In this document: positions 18,350 to 27,222 of the stretch, piece after piece
How the letters are laid out: each line of letters begins with the position of its first letter
Position numbering within the stretch: the stretch's first letter is position 1
Source: Methanobacteriota archaeon
GTDB taxonomy: Archaea > Thermoplasmatota > Poseidoniia > Poseidoniales > Poseidoniaceae
NCBI GenBank assembly: GCA_018623995.1
Contig: JAAZUV010000001.1
Span: 1-51,902 of the forward strand
Direction: 5' to 3'
Length of the DNA: 51,902 bases
Translations under genes and position numbers: made by a program
The notes under the pieces: model-generated
Told to the model about the DNA's origin: nothing
Database searches by the model: none
What the model saw: the letters and a program-made list of their open reading frames with translations, nothing else

Positions 18350-21073
18350 CTACCGTTTTGCAAATCGATATCCAACACGTTCGTTCTTTTTGAGCCAAAG
18401 AATTGCTGTGTAAGGATTTCCTGATTTCTTTGCAATCAAATCATCAAAGGGACCAATTTCTCCTTTTTCGATAAGTTGTTTCGCTTCTTCTCGCGTAATT
18501 TCACGCTTGGAGATTTCACGAGCGATGTCTATTTTACAACCGCTTGCACTTGTTTTAGGTCGGAAATGCGTCTCAGTTTCGTAGATCTCTGCACCATGCT
18601 TTGGACAAATGGCCACAACGCCGGGCACAACGTCAAATCGACGAGCATCTGCCGCGGCTTCTCGTGGAGGGAATTCAAACCCAACTTTGTTGCCTTCAAG
18701 GACAAGATAAGCAGGGAACGGACGACCTCGACGTGAAATAAAATCTTCAATGAGTGGAGATTTACCATCGACCAAAATTGATTTTGCCTCGTCTCTGTTG
18801 ATTTCTCGCTTACAAATGACCTTTCCAACGCCTGAGAATTTGCATGCATCTTGATCGCAAGCATAGTGTGTATCGGTTTCACGAATTGTACCATTGCATT
18901 TCGGACATGGACAAAGCGCCTCATCAGAGGAATTTGCTCGATTACCAGTCGATTTAGAGGATGTTACTTTCCCTTCATTCGAAATGATAACGGAAGTCTC
19001 GTAGGCTTCCCCATTTCGGTTAAAGAATCCATGCAAGTCGGTCAATTCCTTTTGTTCAAGCAGTCGCCTCGCCGTTGAACGATCAAACCACCTTCCGCTG
19101 GTATCCTTCCAGAACACAAACGAGCACCCCTTTTCCTTTCCTTCATTCTTTTCGCAGGTGTAGGAGAGTGCTGTTTCAACAATCGCAGATGCACACTGAG
19201 GGCAGTTGCCAATTGATGAATCTTGAACAAACAACTGACTTCGATCATGGTCTCTGACTCGAGTTACCAAATCGGTGGTCTGCTCGACAATGTTTTCCAT
19301 GTATTTTGAGGCTTCCAATTCTCCTCGTTGCACGGCTGTTAATGCGGATTCCATTTCGCCTGTAAGCTCGGCAGATGTGATCCATTCAACCGGGATTCGA
19401 CGCAGTATTTCGATGATACGAATGCCGTGTGGTGTCGCATTAAGCGCTCCGGATTGCTGGCGTGAAATGTAGCCCCGAGAAAGCAATTTCTCGATCGTAT
19501 CTGCTCGGGTGGCTGGAGTTCCAAGGCCTTTACCTGCCATCGCTTCAGCAAGATCTTCATCTGCGATATCTTTTCCAGCCTTTTCCATGAGTGACAAAAG
19601 TCGTGCTTCCTTGATGCGTGTGGGTGGCTTCGATTTTTCTTCATTCCATTCATGGGATGAAACAGAAGCAAGTGGACTCTCCGCTGAAACCGTGCCCCAG
19701 CCTTCTGGGTGACTGAGATTTTTTGTCACAACCTCTCTCCAGCCTAGTGTGGTATATTGTTGGGCTTCTTTGTTGAATACCTCCCCTCCCAAATTTGCTG
19801 TCCTTTTTTGTTTCTCGATGATTGCTTCACCATACCAGGAGGCAATAAAGTTCCGAACAATCATGTTGTAGAGTCGCTTTTCGTCTTTGGAAAGAGCGGA
19901 AGTAGGCAATTTTCCAGTTGGAATGATGGCGAAGTGATCGCTGACTTTTGCATCATTGAAATTTCGTCCAACATTTTGCATGCCGTTTTTCGTTAAGGTA
20001 TCAATAAAGCCTGACATGTCATCCAATTGTCCAAGGTTGGACAACGTCGTGTCAATGGTTTCTTTCATGTCGGTTGGTAAGAAGCGAGAATCAGTACGTG
20101 GATAGGTCGTTAGTTTATGGCGCTCATACAACGCTTGAGCAACATTGAGCGTTCTCTTCGCCGGCCAAGAAAACATTGAGTTTGCCTGTCGTTGGAGCGT
20201 GGTCAAATCATAGTTCAATGGTGGTCGCTCTTTGCTCGTTGTCACTTTTTGTGTAACTGTGGCTTGTTCACCTGAATCGATGAGCGCTTGGATTCGTTCC
20301 TTATCCTCAGCGGTAAGAATCCAATGCGCTTTGGTATCCTCAGTTGCGGCCCCTCCTTCCCAACGACCGTTCCACGAGCTATCAGTGCCCTCAAACTGGG
20401 CATTAAGGGTCCAAAACGGTGTTGCGATGTGTTTCAGGATTTCAATTTCGTGATCGACAAGCATTGCGAGTGTTGCTGTTTGCACTCGTCCGAGGGAGAT
20501 TCGTTCAGTCCGTTTCTTTGGAAGAAATACCTCGGCAATCCGTGAACCGTTCATCCCGATTAGCCAGTCGGCGTAACTACGACTGTAAGCTGCGTCAGCA
20601 AGATTCTGGTACTCAGATGCCGGTTTGCGTTCATCCCACGCACGCTGAATGGCTTCTTTTGTCATGGATTGGAGCCACATCCGAGATACAGGCGATTTGG
20701 ATTTGGAGTGTCGGTAAATTGTTTGGAAAATGAGTTCTCCTTCACGTGCAGCATCACAAGCGTTGACAATTTCTGTAACTGCTTTATCGCTCATAAGTTT
20801 CTTCACTGCTGTAAGTTGTTTACGTGTCGAACCTGATTTTGGTTTGAATTCAAATTCATCGGGAACGAATGGTAAATCTGCTGCAGTTTTCCTCCAATTT
20901 TTGAACTCAGGATTGTAATCATCCATGTATTTGAGCTCCAGCATGTGACCGACGGCCCATGTTACAACAACGTCGTTTCCAGACCAATGCGTTGTTTCCT
21001 TTTTGTTTATGTTGAGCATCTTTGCAATATCTTCGGCGACACTAGGTTTCTCGGCGAGGACAACGATGCTCAT
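18350..21073 (-). CDS. topB: Type IA DNA topoisomerase III, bacterial-type, with C-terminal Zn-ribbon/repeat region
   Basis: AEKPSVA, NACDAAREGELIF, SLGRVQT, catalytic TYPRTDS, GLGTPATRA, then CPxC and FISRRGRPF-type repeats. Confidence 0.9.
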   Translation of the reverse strand: MSIVVLAEKPSVAEDIAKMLNINKKETTHWSGNDVVVTWAVGHMLELKYMDDYNPEFKNWRKTAADLPFVPDEFEFKPKSGSTRKQLTAVKKLMSDKAVTEIVNACDAAREGELIFQTIYRHSKSKSPVSRMWLQSMTKEAIQRAWDERKPASEYQNLADAAYSRSYADWLIGMNGSRIAEVFLPKKRTERISLGRVQTATLAMLVDHEIEILKHIATPFWTLNAQFEGTDSSWNGRWEGGAATEDTKAHWILTAEDKERIQALIDSGEQATVTQKVTTSKERPPLNYDLTTLQRQANSMFSWPAKRTLNVAQALYERHKLTTYPRTDSRFLPTDMKETIDTTLSNLGQLDDMSGFIDTLTKNGMQNVGRNFNDAKVSDHFAIIPTGKLPTSALSKDEKRLYNMIVRNFIASWYGEAIIEKQKRTANLGGEVFNKEAQQYTTLGWREVVTKNLSHPEGWGTVSAESPLASVSSHEWNEEKSKPPTRIKEARLLSLMEKAGKDIADEDLAEAMAGKGLGTPATRADTIEKLLSRGYISRQQSGALNATPHGIRIIEILRRIPVEWITSAELTGEMESALTAVQRGELEASKYMENIVEQTTDLVTRVRDHDRSQLFVQDSSIGNCPQCASAIVETALSYTCEKNEGKEKGCSFVFWKDTSGRWFDRSTARRLLEQKELTDLHGFFNRNGEAYETSVIISNEGKVTSSKSTGNRANSSDEALCPCPKCNGTIRETDTHYACDQDACKFSGVGKVICKREINRDEAKSILVDGKSPLIEDFISRRGRPFPAYLVLEGNKVGFEFPPREAAADARRFDVVPGVVAICPKHGAEIYETETHFRPKTSASGCKIDIAREISKREITREEAKQLIEKGEIGPFDDLIAKKSGNPYTAILWLKKNERVGYRFAKR

Positions 21074-21154
21074 GTTTTCAATGCGTTTGTCGACTGTACT
21101 TGAAGGCTCGCCAGTATTGAAATACAAACAGATAACTTATGTTATCTGATGAAT

Positions 21155-21568
21155 TTATCGGGAATTTTTGGTGCGATTACGATGCGCTAATTCATTCCAT
21201 TTTTCTTCATCATCACGGTACCCACAACCGCTGCATCCTGGATAACCTGCGAGCAATAATTCAGAGCACATCTGGATGAAATCAGTAATCAATTCTTCTA
21301 CATCAAACGGTAGCCACAAAGCGGTTTCATCACTTGGAACATCCGTTTGAAAATCAAACAGATTTTGGTCGTCTCTTACAACAGAAAATGGTCCAGCAAC
21401 AATCTCAGGAAATTCCAATCGTTGTGGCATTGAATCCGCCATGTTGAGAATCAAACGATGCCATGATGCCACATGCGTTTGAGGGATGTTCAGAATCAAA
21501 CCCTCTTCTGTAAGGATGCGTCTGCACGCTTCACGAACTGCAAGCCATCTTGCTGAATTCTCCTCCAT
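21155..21568 (-). CDS. Hypothetical protein with C-terminal CxxC
   Basis: 137-aa ATG ORF filling the gap upstream of topB; GYPGCSGCGY. Confidence 0.6.
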   Translation of the reverse strand: MEENSARWLAVREACRRILTEEGLILNIPQTHVASWHRLILNMADSMPQRLEFPEIVAGPFSVVRDDQNLFDFQTDVPSDETALWLPFDVEELITDFIQMCSELLLAGYPGCSGCGYRDDEEKWNELAHRNRTKNSR

Positions 21569-21619
21569 AACCCACCGAAGAAACGCAAGGATTGAAGGAT
21601 ATCGGTTCGACCATTGCCC

Positions 21620-22726
21620 ATGGGCAGGCTGTTTCGCTGGTTTTCAAAGCCACTTTTGGCCATTCAGGATTCGGAAAAAGCCCACGCACGTTCGCTTCTT
21701 ATGCTACGCATAGCATCATCAAATCCTGTGTTTCGTGCAATGCTTCGCCTCCTCTACAAGCCAAAGAAAAACATTCCAACGCATTGTTTTGGATTGGATT
21801 TTGATCATCCGTTCGGTATAGCAGCCGGTATGGACAAGCGTGCAGAGGCCCTTCGTGGGTGGGAGTCCATCGGGCTTGCATTTTCTGAAATTGGTGGGGT
21901 CACGATGCTCGAACAGGCAGGAAATCCAAAACCGAGAATGTTTCGTCACGGAGCTGATCGCTCCCTTGTCAATCGAATGGGATTCAACAATCCAGGAAGT
22001 GAGAAAGTTGCAAATCAACTTCAACGTTCAGGACCACAAACTAAACCGGTCTGGGCCAATCTTGGGAAATCCAAATTGACGCCTCTTGACGATGCGGCAT
22101 CGGACTATTCCACAACGATGCAGCGTTTGTGGGCCTACATCGACGTGTTCGTCATCAACGTCTCATCCCCGAACACGCCTGGTCTACGTGAACTACAACA
22201 TGGCGACCATCTGAAAGAAATTCTCAATTCATGCAATGACGTGAACCAAAAGAATGCCCTACAACACGATCAGCCAAAGAAACCACTCTTGATCAAGGTC
22301 GCACCAGATCTTTCAACCGACGAACTTGATGCCATTGTGGATACGGCAATGGCCTGTGGGATTGATGGTATTGTAGCAACAAACACGACGCTCAATCGAC
22401 CAAATCAGGAACACAACGTCTACAAGCAACAAGGTGGTTGTTCCGGTTCACCTCTTCGCCAGCAGAGCACGGACATGATTGCTCACGTCTATGCCTATAC
22501 GCAAGGAAAACTTCCCATCGTTGGTGTCGGTGGTATCATGAACGCTGAAGATGCTTGGGAGAAAATCACCGCTGGAGCAACATTACTCCAAGCCTATGCT
22601 GGATTTGTGTTTGAAGGTCCTGGTTTAACGAAGTCAATCGTTCATGGGTTGTATCGAAAGATGCGACAGCACAACATGGACACGCTTTCTGAAGCTGTTG
22701 GATTGAACCATCGACAATCATCATGA
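21620..22726 (+). CDS. pyrD: Quinone-dependent dihydroorotate dehydrogenase (class 2)
   Basis: AAGMDK, GNPKPRMFR, NRMGFNN, NVSSPNTPGLR (catalytic Ser), KVAPD, ATNTT, GVGGI. Confidence 0.93.
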   Translation: MGRLFRWFSKPLLAIQDSEKAHARSLLMLRIASSNPVFRAMLRLLYKPKKNIPTHCFGLDFDHPFGIAAGMDKRAEALRGWESIGLAFSEIGGVTMLEQAGNPKPRMFRHGADRSLVNRMGFNNPGSEKVANQLQRSGPQTKPVWANLGKSKLTPLDDAASDYSTTMQRLWAYIDVFVINVSSPNTPGLRELQHGDHLKEILNSCNDVNQKNALQHDQPKKPLLIKVAPDLSTDELDAIVDTAMACGIDGIVATNTTLNRPNQEHNVYKQQGGCSGSPLRQQSTDMIAHVYAYTQGKLPIVGVGGIMNAEDAWEKITAGATLLQAYAGFVFEGPGLTKSIVHGLYRKMRQHNMDTLSEAVGLNHRQSS

Positions 22727-22769
22727 GCAGATATTGAAATACATCAGTCCAGTCGTGTGAAGTGATACA

Positions 22770-23156
22770 ATGTTGTCGTATCGCAACCGATTGCTGTTGA
22801 TTGGTGGAGTTGTCACGATTGCCGTTCTTGGTACAATTTTTCTCCAAGCTCCTGCGCCGACATTAACCGTAGACCAACTGATGGAAGATAAGGCCGCTCT
22901 TATCGATGGAGAGGTTGCGGTTCGTGGTGAAATTCGTGATGGAAGCATCAATGAGACGACGATGACGTTCGTATTGGAAGGCTCAGAATTTGATTTGCTT
23001 ATCGACTACTCAAACGCTGGTTCAATCTCCAACGGATTGGGTGACAACAGAACTGTGTATGCAGAGGGAATCTTCCAGTACATTGATGGAATGTACGTCG
23101 TTGAAGCAGAGACCATCAAGACCTCCTGCCCATCAAAATACGAAGAAGAAGTCTGA
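22770..23156 (+). CDS. ccmE: Cytochrome c maturation heme chaperone CcmE, CxxxY variant
   Basis: N-terminal TM, OB-fold-like VAVRG...VYAEG, C-terminal TSCPSKY. Confidence 0.8.
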   Translation: MLSYRNRLLLIGGVVTIAVLGTIFLQAPAPTLTVDQLMEDKAALIDGEVAVRGEIRDGSINETTMTFVLEGSEFDLLIDYSNAGSISNGLGDNRTVYAEGIFQYIDGMYVVEAETIKTSCPSKYEEEV

Positions 23157-23193
23157 ACATCTTCATCGTTTGATTGAAATAGAGTCAGTTGCA

Positions 23194-23500
23194 GGGTCCT
23201 TTGGGATAGGTGGGGAGCTAGGCGTACCCTGTACCACAAATCGTCTTCATGGTGGGCTGAATGCCTTGGGGCGGCGAAAGCGGCTCATGGGTTCCTGCAT
23301 GCGGACGTAGATGTCTCGCCCCCACATGATCCGGGTGTTGTGAACCGTTTCCGGAGGGAAACGGGAATCAGATAACCGGGGGAACAGGTCAGGCCGGGAA
23401 CGGAGCATCCCTACCTGGGGCCATGGGTGCTGTGGGGATCCGGGACGGAGGAAGTGTGTAGATACGGCCTTTGAGTACGAGCGTCCACCTAGGGATTCCC
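23194..23500 (+). ncRNA. ffs: Archaeal signal recognition particle (7S) RNA
   Basis: GC-rich intergenic ~300 nt. Alu-domain TGTA motif (ccctgtaccac); helix 6 ccgtttcc-GGAG-ggaaacgg (23345-23364); helix 8 tcagg-ccg-GGAA-cgg-agca; terminal pairing gggtcctttggg/cctagggattc. Ends approximate. Confidence 0.92.
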
Positions 23501-23502
23501 AC

Positions 23503-23988
23503 CTAAATGTCAAACACGACGTCGCTGAACCAACCAGGTCCTTCGAACGTCGGAACTTCTGGCCAAGGTGATTCCAGAATTTGGTTTACAGCAACTTCTG
23601 CAACCATCAAATCTTGACGTGTTACTGCCTTAATTTCCACCTCTTTTTCAATTTCATCAGAATTGACCCAACGTACATGCGCTTGCAAGGAATGTTCTCC
23701 TTCGAATTCCTCTATTTTTATCGAACAATCAACAAGCCATTTCTGTTCGACTTCATCCATAAAGAGAACTTCTTCGAGCCACTTGACGAGGAGTAGTCCG
23801 TTGGCATCATCATGCGTGGGAATTCGAACCGTCCAGACAGACGTGTGGTGAATGGCCTCTGAGGGAATCTCTGAGGCGAGGAGGTAATCCTGCATGCCTG
23901 CAGTTGTTTCCTCAAACAATCTCGCCTTCGACGCAGCAAAGGATCGTAGACCAACATCCGCAGTTGTTGGCCTCATCCAAGAACTCAT
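23503..23988 (-). CDS. Archease (RtcB tRNA-ligase cofactor family)
   Basis: TADVGL, LLVKWLEEVLF, EIKAVT, C-terminal VVFDI. Confidence 0.85.
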   Translation of the reverse strand: MSSWMRPTTADVGLRSFAASKARLFEETTAGMQDYLLASEIPSEAIHHTSVWTVRIPTHDDANGLLLVKWLEEVLFMDEVEQKWLVDCSIKIEEFEGEHSLQAHVRWVNSDEIEKEVEIKAVTRQDLMVAEVAVNQILESPWPEVPTFEGPGWFSDVVFDI

Positions 23989-23997
23989 GCAATGACC

Positions 23998-25059
23998 TCA
24001 ACGTTTGGAAACTTGGAGAGACCAAGCGATTTCACCAATTCTGTCGACCATATCGTCGAGTCGCAACACGAATCGGTCGGTACGATCGGCGATGAGGATG
24101 CACTCACTTGCAGCATTTGCGAGTTGGGCTGTTTCTTCTACGGAGAGGCCGAGCGTGATTGCTGTTGCAACGGCAACAGCAGCAGCATCGATGAGTCCAA
24201 TCATCTGCCGTATTTCTTCGAGCATGCATTGAACATGAACTGTGTCTTCGTTTCTCGAGTGGATGGTAACACCATCCTGTCCCTCAAGAATCAATAGATG
24301 CTCCCAGTTATTTGATTCGAGTAGCATTGATGCTGCTTCGGCACCAGTGGTTGCGCCAAGTCGTCTTCGCATAAGTTCCAACCCTTTCGATTGAAACAAG
24401 ACCCAATCAACGCCTTGGGTACGATGGAGTCCCGTCAATTTAGGATCGGCAATGATGGGAACGTTGTGTTTCTTCGCAGCCGTGATGAGTCGTTCAGCCC
24501 CAGCATCATCGAGAACACCTAATCCATAATCGGACAAGATGAGACAAGATGAGTTGGGAATGGATTCGATTGTACGATCAATGAGGTTTGTCAACGCTGT
24601 AGATGGAATTGCTTCATCGTCTTCAATGTCCCATCGGAGCAGAAGTTGCTCTCCCTTGACCAAGCCTTCGCGTGCCCCCAAAAGCCTTGTTTTCACCGTC
24701 GTTGTACGTTCCTCAAGTACTGCAATTCCCGATGTTTCAACACCTTCTTCTTCAAGCATTTCCAAGACGGCCAGTCCTGAATCATCATCGCCGACGACAC
24801 CATGCAAGTGACTCTTCAATCCGAGGGAATCGAGACCACGAGCAACGTGTGCTGCGGCTCCTACATCAACATCACGTGAAATTTCCTTAAGGACTGGAAC
24901 TGGTGCACGGGAATTAAGATTGTTAGCAAAACCATGGATGTAGCAATCCATCATAATGTCCCCTACGAGGAGAACCTTCGCTGGTCTGATGTTCTTCAAC
25001 CCACGTTCAAGTTTCTTCAAAGCATCGTGAATTTTTACATCGTCATCGCTCATTCCCAT
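23998..25059 (-). CDS. PfkB-family HldE/RfaE domain-I (heptose-7-phosphate kinase)-like protein, divergent
   Basis: VLLVGDIMMDCYIHG, APVPVL, GAAAHVA, GVVGDD, TTVKTR, LLRWD, ILSDYGLGVL, IADPK. Confidence 0.8.
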   Translation of the reverse strand: MGMSDDDVKIHDALKKLERGLKNIRPAKVLLVGDIMMDCYIHGFANNLNSRAPVPVLKEISRDVDVGAAAHVARGLDSLGLKSHLHGVVGDDDSGLAVLEMLEEEGVETSGIAVLEERTTTVKTRLLGAREGLVKGEQLLLRWDIEDDEAIPSTALTNLIDRTIESIPNSSCLILSDYGLGVLDDAGAERLITAAKKHNVPIIADPKLTGLHRTQGVDWVLFQSKGLELMRRRLGATTGAEAASMLLESNNWEHLLILEGQDGVTIHSRNEDTVHVQCMLEEIRQMIGLIDAAAVAVATAITLGLSVEETAQLANAASECILIADRTDRFVLRLDDMVDRIGEIAWSLQVSKR

Positions 25060-25061
25060 AA

Positions 25062-26051
25062 TTATCCCTCTACCTTGTCTTGTAATTCTGCTAACAACAT
25101 AGCATGTTCTTGTTCGGAAATACCTGTTTTAAGACGCAATGTTTCGAGCATCGCTGACTCATCGTTTGTGATGATTCCATCGATCATTGCAGTTTTTAGA
25201 ACAGAACGGTATGCTTCGAGTTCAGGTGAAATGTATGGCTTCTCCAATGCTTCTCTGAGCATTCGTTCATGAGTTTCTGAATCGATATCGAATGCAATTT
25301 GAACCGTTCGAAGAAGTGCTTCCTCCTCTTCATGTATCACTCCATCAACCAATGCTTGGCGCAACATCTCGAGGTAGATTTCTTCTGGAGGTGGTGCATT
25401 GATTTCTCGACGTGCTTCATTGGATAAACGTCGTACTCGATCTGGATGCATTCCAAGGAAATCGACGACTTCATTGAGCAAAAGTTGTTCGTCTTTGGTG
25501 ATACGGCCATCTTGCCAAGCCCTTGCAAACATACGGCGAACAAGTGCTTCACCTGCCTGTGCATCCAGTGAAGCAGAGCCTTCTGGGTGGGAAACTGGAG
25601 ACATGACTGGCTCTGAATGGACTTTCATGTGTTCATCAATGTGGGCAAGTGATTCGAGTGTATTCTTTGAGCTCGTGAGCAGAGATTCCAACAACACTGT
25701 TGTTCCATCCGATTGTACTGGTACTGCTTTGATTCTATTGAGAATGGAGAGCGCTCGCTCACGACCTTCAGGTGTCAATGAGTAGACTCGCCGTCGTTGT
25801 CGGGCACCAGGGACATGACGACTCGTTGTGTTGAGGAAGTCCTGCTCCTGCAAACGTTTCAACGTCCTTGGAACGTGTTTTCGTTGCACATGAACAGCTG
25901 CTGAGATGCCTGCTTGGGTGAGTTCCATCGGAGCTTCCCAATTGTTTTCGGGCAATTGGTTGTCGAGGAGATGGAGCAATGTCCGCTCTTCAGTGGTAAG
26001 TGTTCCTAAGAACCCGCTAACCATACCGCTCCCCATTTTGTTTGTCTTCAT
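25062..26051 (-). CDS. MarR-like winged-helix protein with three TerB-like repeats
   Basis: LTQAGIS...VPRTLKRL...RRRVYSLTPEG; repeats AWQDGRITKDE, ALVDGVIHEEE, AMIDGIITNDE. Start uncertain. Confidence 0.65.
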   Translation of the reverse strand: MKTNKMGSGMVSGFLGTLTTEERTLLHLLDNQLPENNWEAPMELTQAGISAAVHVQRKHVPRTLKRLQEQDFLNTTSRHVPGARQRRRVYSLTPEGRERALSILNRIKAVPVQSDGTTVLLESLLTSSKNTLESLAHIDEHMKVHSEPVMSPVSHPEGSASLDAQAGEALVRRMFARAWQDGRITKDEQLLLNEVVDFLGMHPDRVRRLSNEARREINAPPPEEIYLEMLRQALVDGVIHEEEEALLRTVQIAFDIDSETHERMLREALEKPYISPELEAYRSVLKTAMIDGIITNDESAMLETLRLKTGISEQEHAMLLAELQDKVEG

Positions 26052-26112
26052 GGTAGTCCTTAGGACAATCGGTCATCGACGCAACAATATGTGGGTAACA
26101 AGAGGGTCAATC

Positions 26113-27222
26113 ATGGTGCGGCAGCGTCGTAAGTTCAAGCCTCGTGTGAGAACGACTCGCTCACTTGATCTGGACAACGTTGGTTTGGATGAGACACAAA
26201 AAATTCAACCACCTACTGCCTTTGGTGATCTGTGGAAAATCGCACCACCACTTTCAACCCGTTTGTACGAGAAAAGTGCACTTGGTCATCGGCTCGAGGA
26301 TGGCTCAATCGCGTTAACTGCATCAGAAGTCCTTTTTTGTCACTGGCATAGGCACGTTCCACTACCTGAAGCATCATGGCTTGAATCAGAACTTGAGAAG
26401 AATCCACGCCTGATTTATGAAGCCATCATATTGGACGTTGGCCGCAACGGTGGCGAAATGATTGTACCTACCATTCACAGACCAAATATCGAACACTTGT
26501 CTTGGGCTATTCGTTGGCATCGTGACCGGAATCATCTCAAGGATGACTACCAATCCTCCGTTTCAATTGCAACCACTCACGACGCTCTGGATTGGAAAAA
26601 TTTGCTCGCTTGGTGCCGCCAGTCCAAAGAAATGAACATCGATTCAGAGTTATTTGTTATCGATGATGAGTTGGATGTGACGATGTACAAAATCGATTTA
26701 ATCAATCCAAGAGGAGATTTGGTCCCTTGGGCTAATTTGAGTGAATCAGACAAGACGAATTTCCTCAGCCATTGGAACAAACGAACGCTCACGGAATCGG
26801 GAAGTTATGTTGGTTTTGATACACCATGGAATTGGCAGCAGATCGGTGTTGAGCACATGTCTGGAAGAGTTTTAAGGAAGGAAGAGGATTCTTTCATCGA
26901 ACAAATCATCGTAGAAAATGCGGCATCTTCAGAAGAATCTCTTTTGATGAACGATCTCCTGAACCGCGGGTTGTTGCTCCGACCCGGGTTCAAGTATGGA
27001 TGTCGTTGGAGAGTGTACGATGGTGATCTCAACGAATCACATGCTCCTTGGTTGATCCAACCACACAAAGAAGCAGCAACAACATGGGAAGGCGTATGTT
27101 TGAGTGTTCGACTTGCTGAAGGTGTTCACAAACAGTGGGTTTGTGCTATTCCAGAGGGAGATGTATGGAAGTACCTAAGGATTCAAAGATGGTCACCTGG
27201 CAAGAATTCCTCGGCTTCGTGA
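26113..27222 (+). CDS. endA: tRNA-splicing endonuclease (two-unit alpha2 type)
   Basis: C-terminal catalytic unit RPGFKYGCRWRVY...HAPW...VRLAEGVHK (Y/H/K triad); N-terminal structural unit with acidic VIDDELDVTMY loop. ATG 26113 chosen because the longer ORF overlaps the divergent gene. Confidence 0.88.
   Translation: MVRQRRKFKPRVRTTRSLDLDNVGLDETQKIQPPTAFGDLWKIAPPLSTRLYEKSALGHRLEDGSIALTASEVLFCHWHRHVPLPEASWLESELEKNPRLIYEAIILDVGRNGGEMIVPTIHRPNIEHLSWAIRWHRDRNHLKDDYQSSVSIATTHDALDWKNLLAWCRQSKEMNIDSELFVIDDELDVTMYKIDLINPRGDLVPWANLSESDKTNFLSHWNKRTLTESGSYVGFDTPWNWQQIGVEHMSGRVLRKEEDSFIEQIIVENAASSEESLLMNDLLNRGLLLRPGFKYGCRWRVYDGDLNESHAPWLIQPHKEAATTWEGVCLSVRLAEGVHKQWVCAIPEGDVWKYLRIQRWSPGKNSSAS

Noticed and set aside
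23247..23513. 88-aa minus-strand ORF and the 22990-23310 plus-strand ORF
   Set aside because: They overlap the SRP RNA and are explained by its high GC content.
27183..27222. Convergent 3' overlaps (endA/M6 40 nt; mqnC/PNGase 22 nt; mdh/acyltransferase 33 nt)
   Set aside because: Common in compact genomes; no evidence of a special function.
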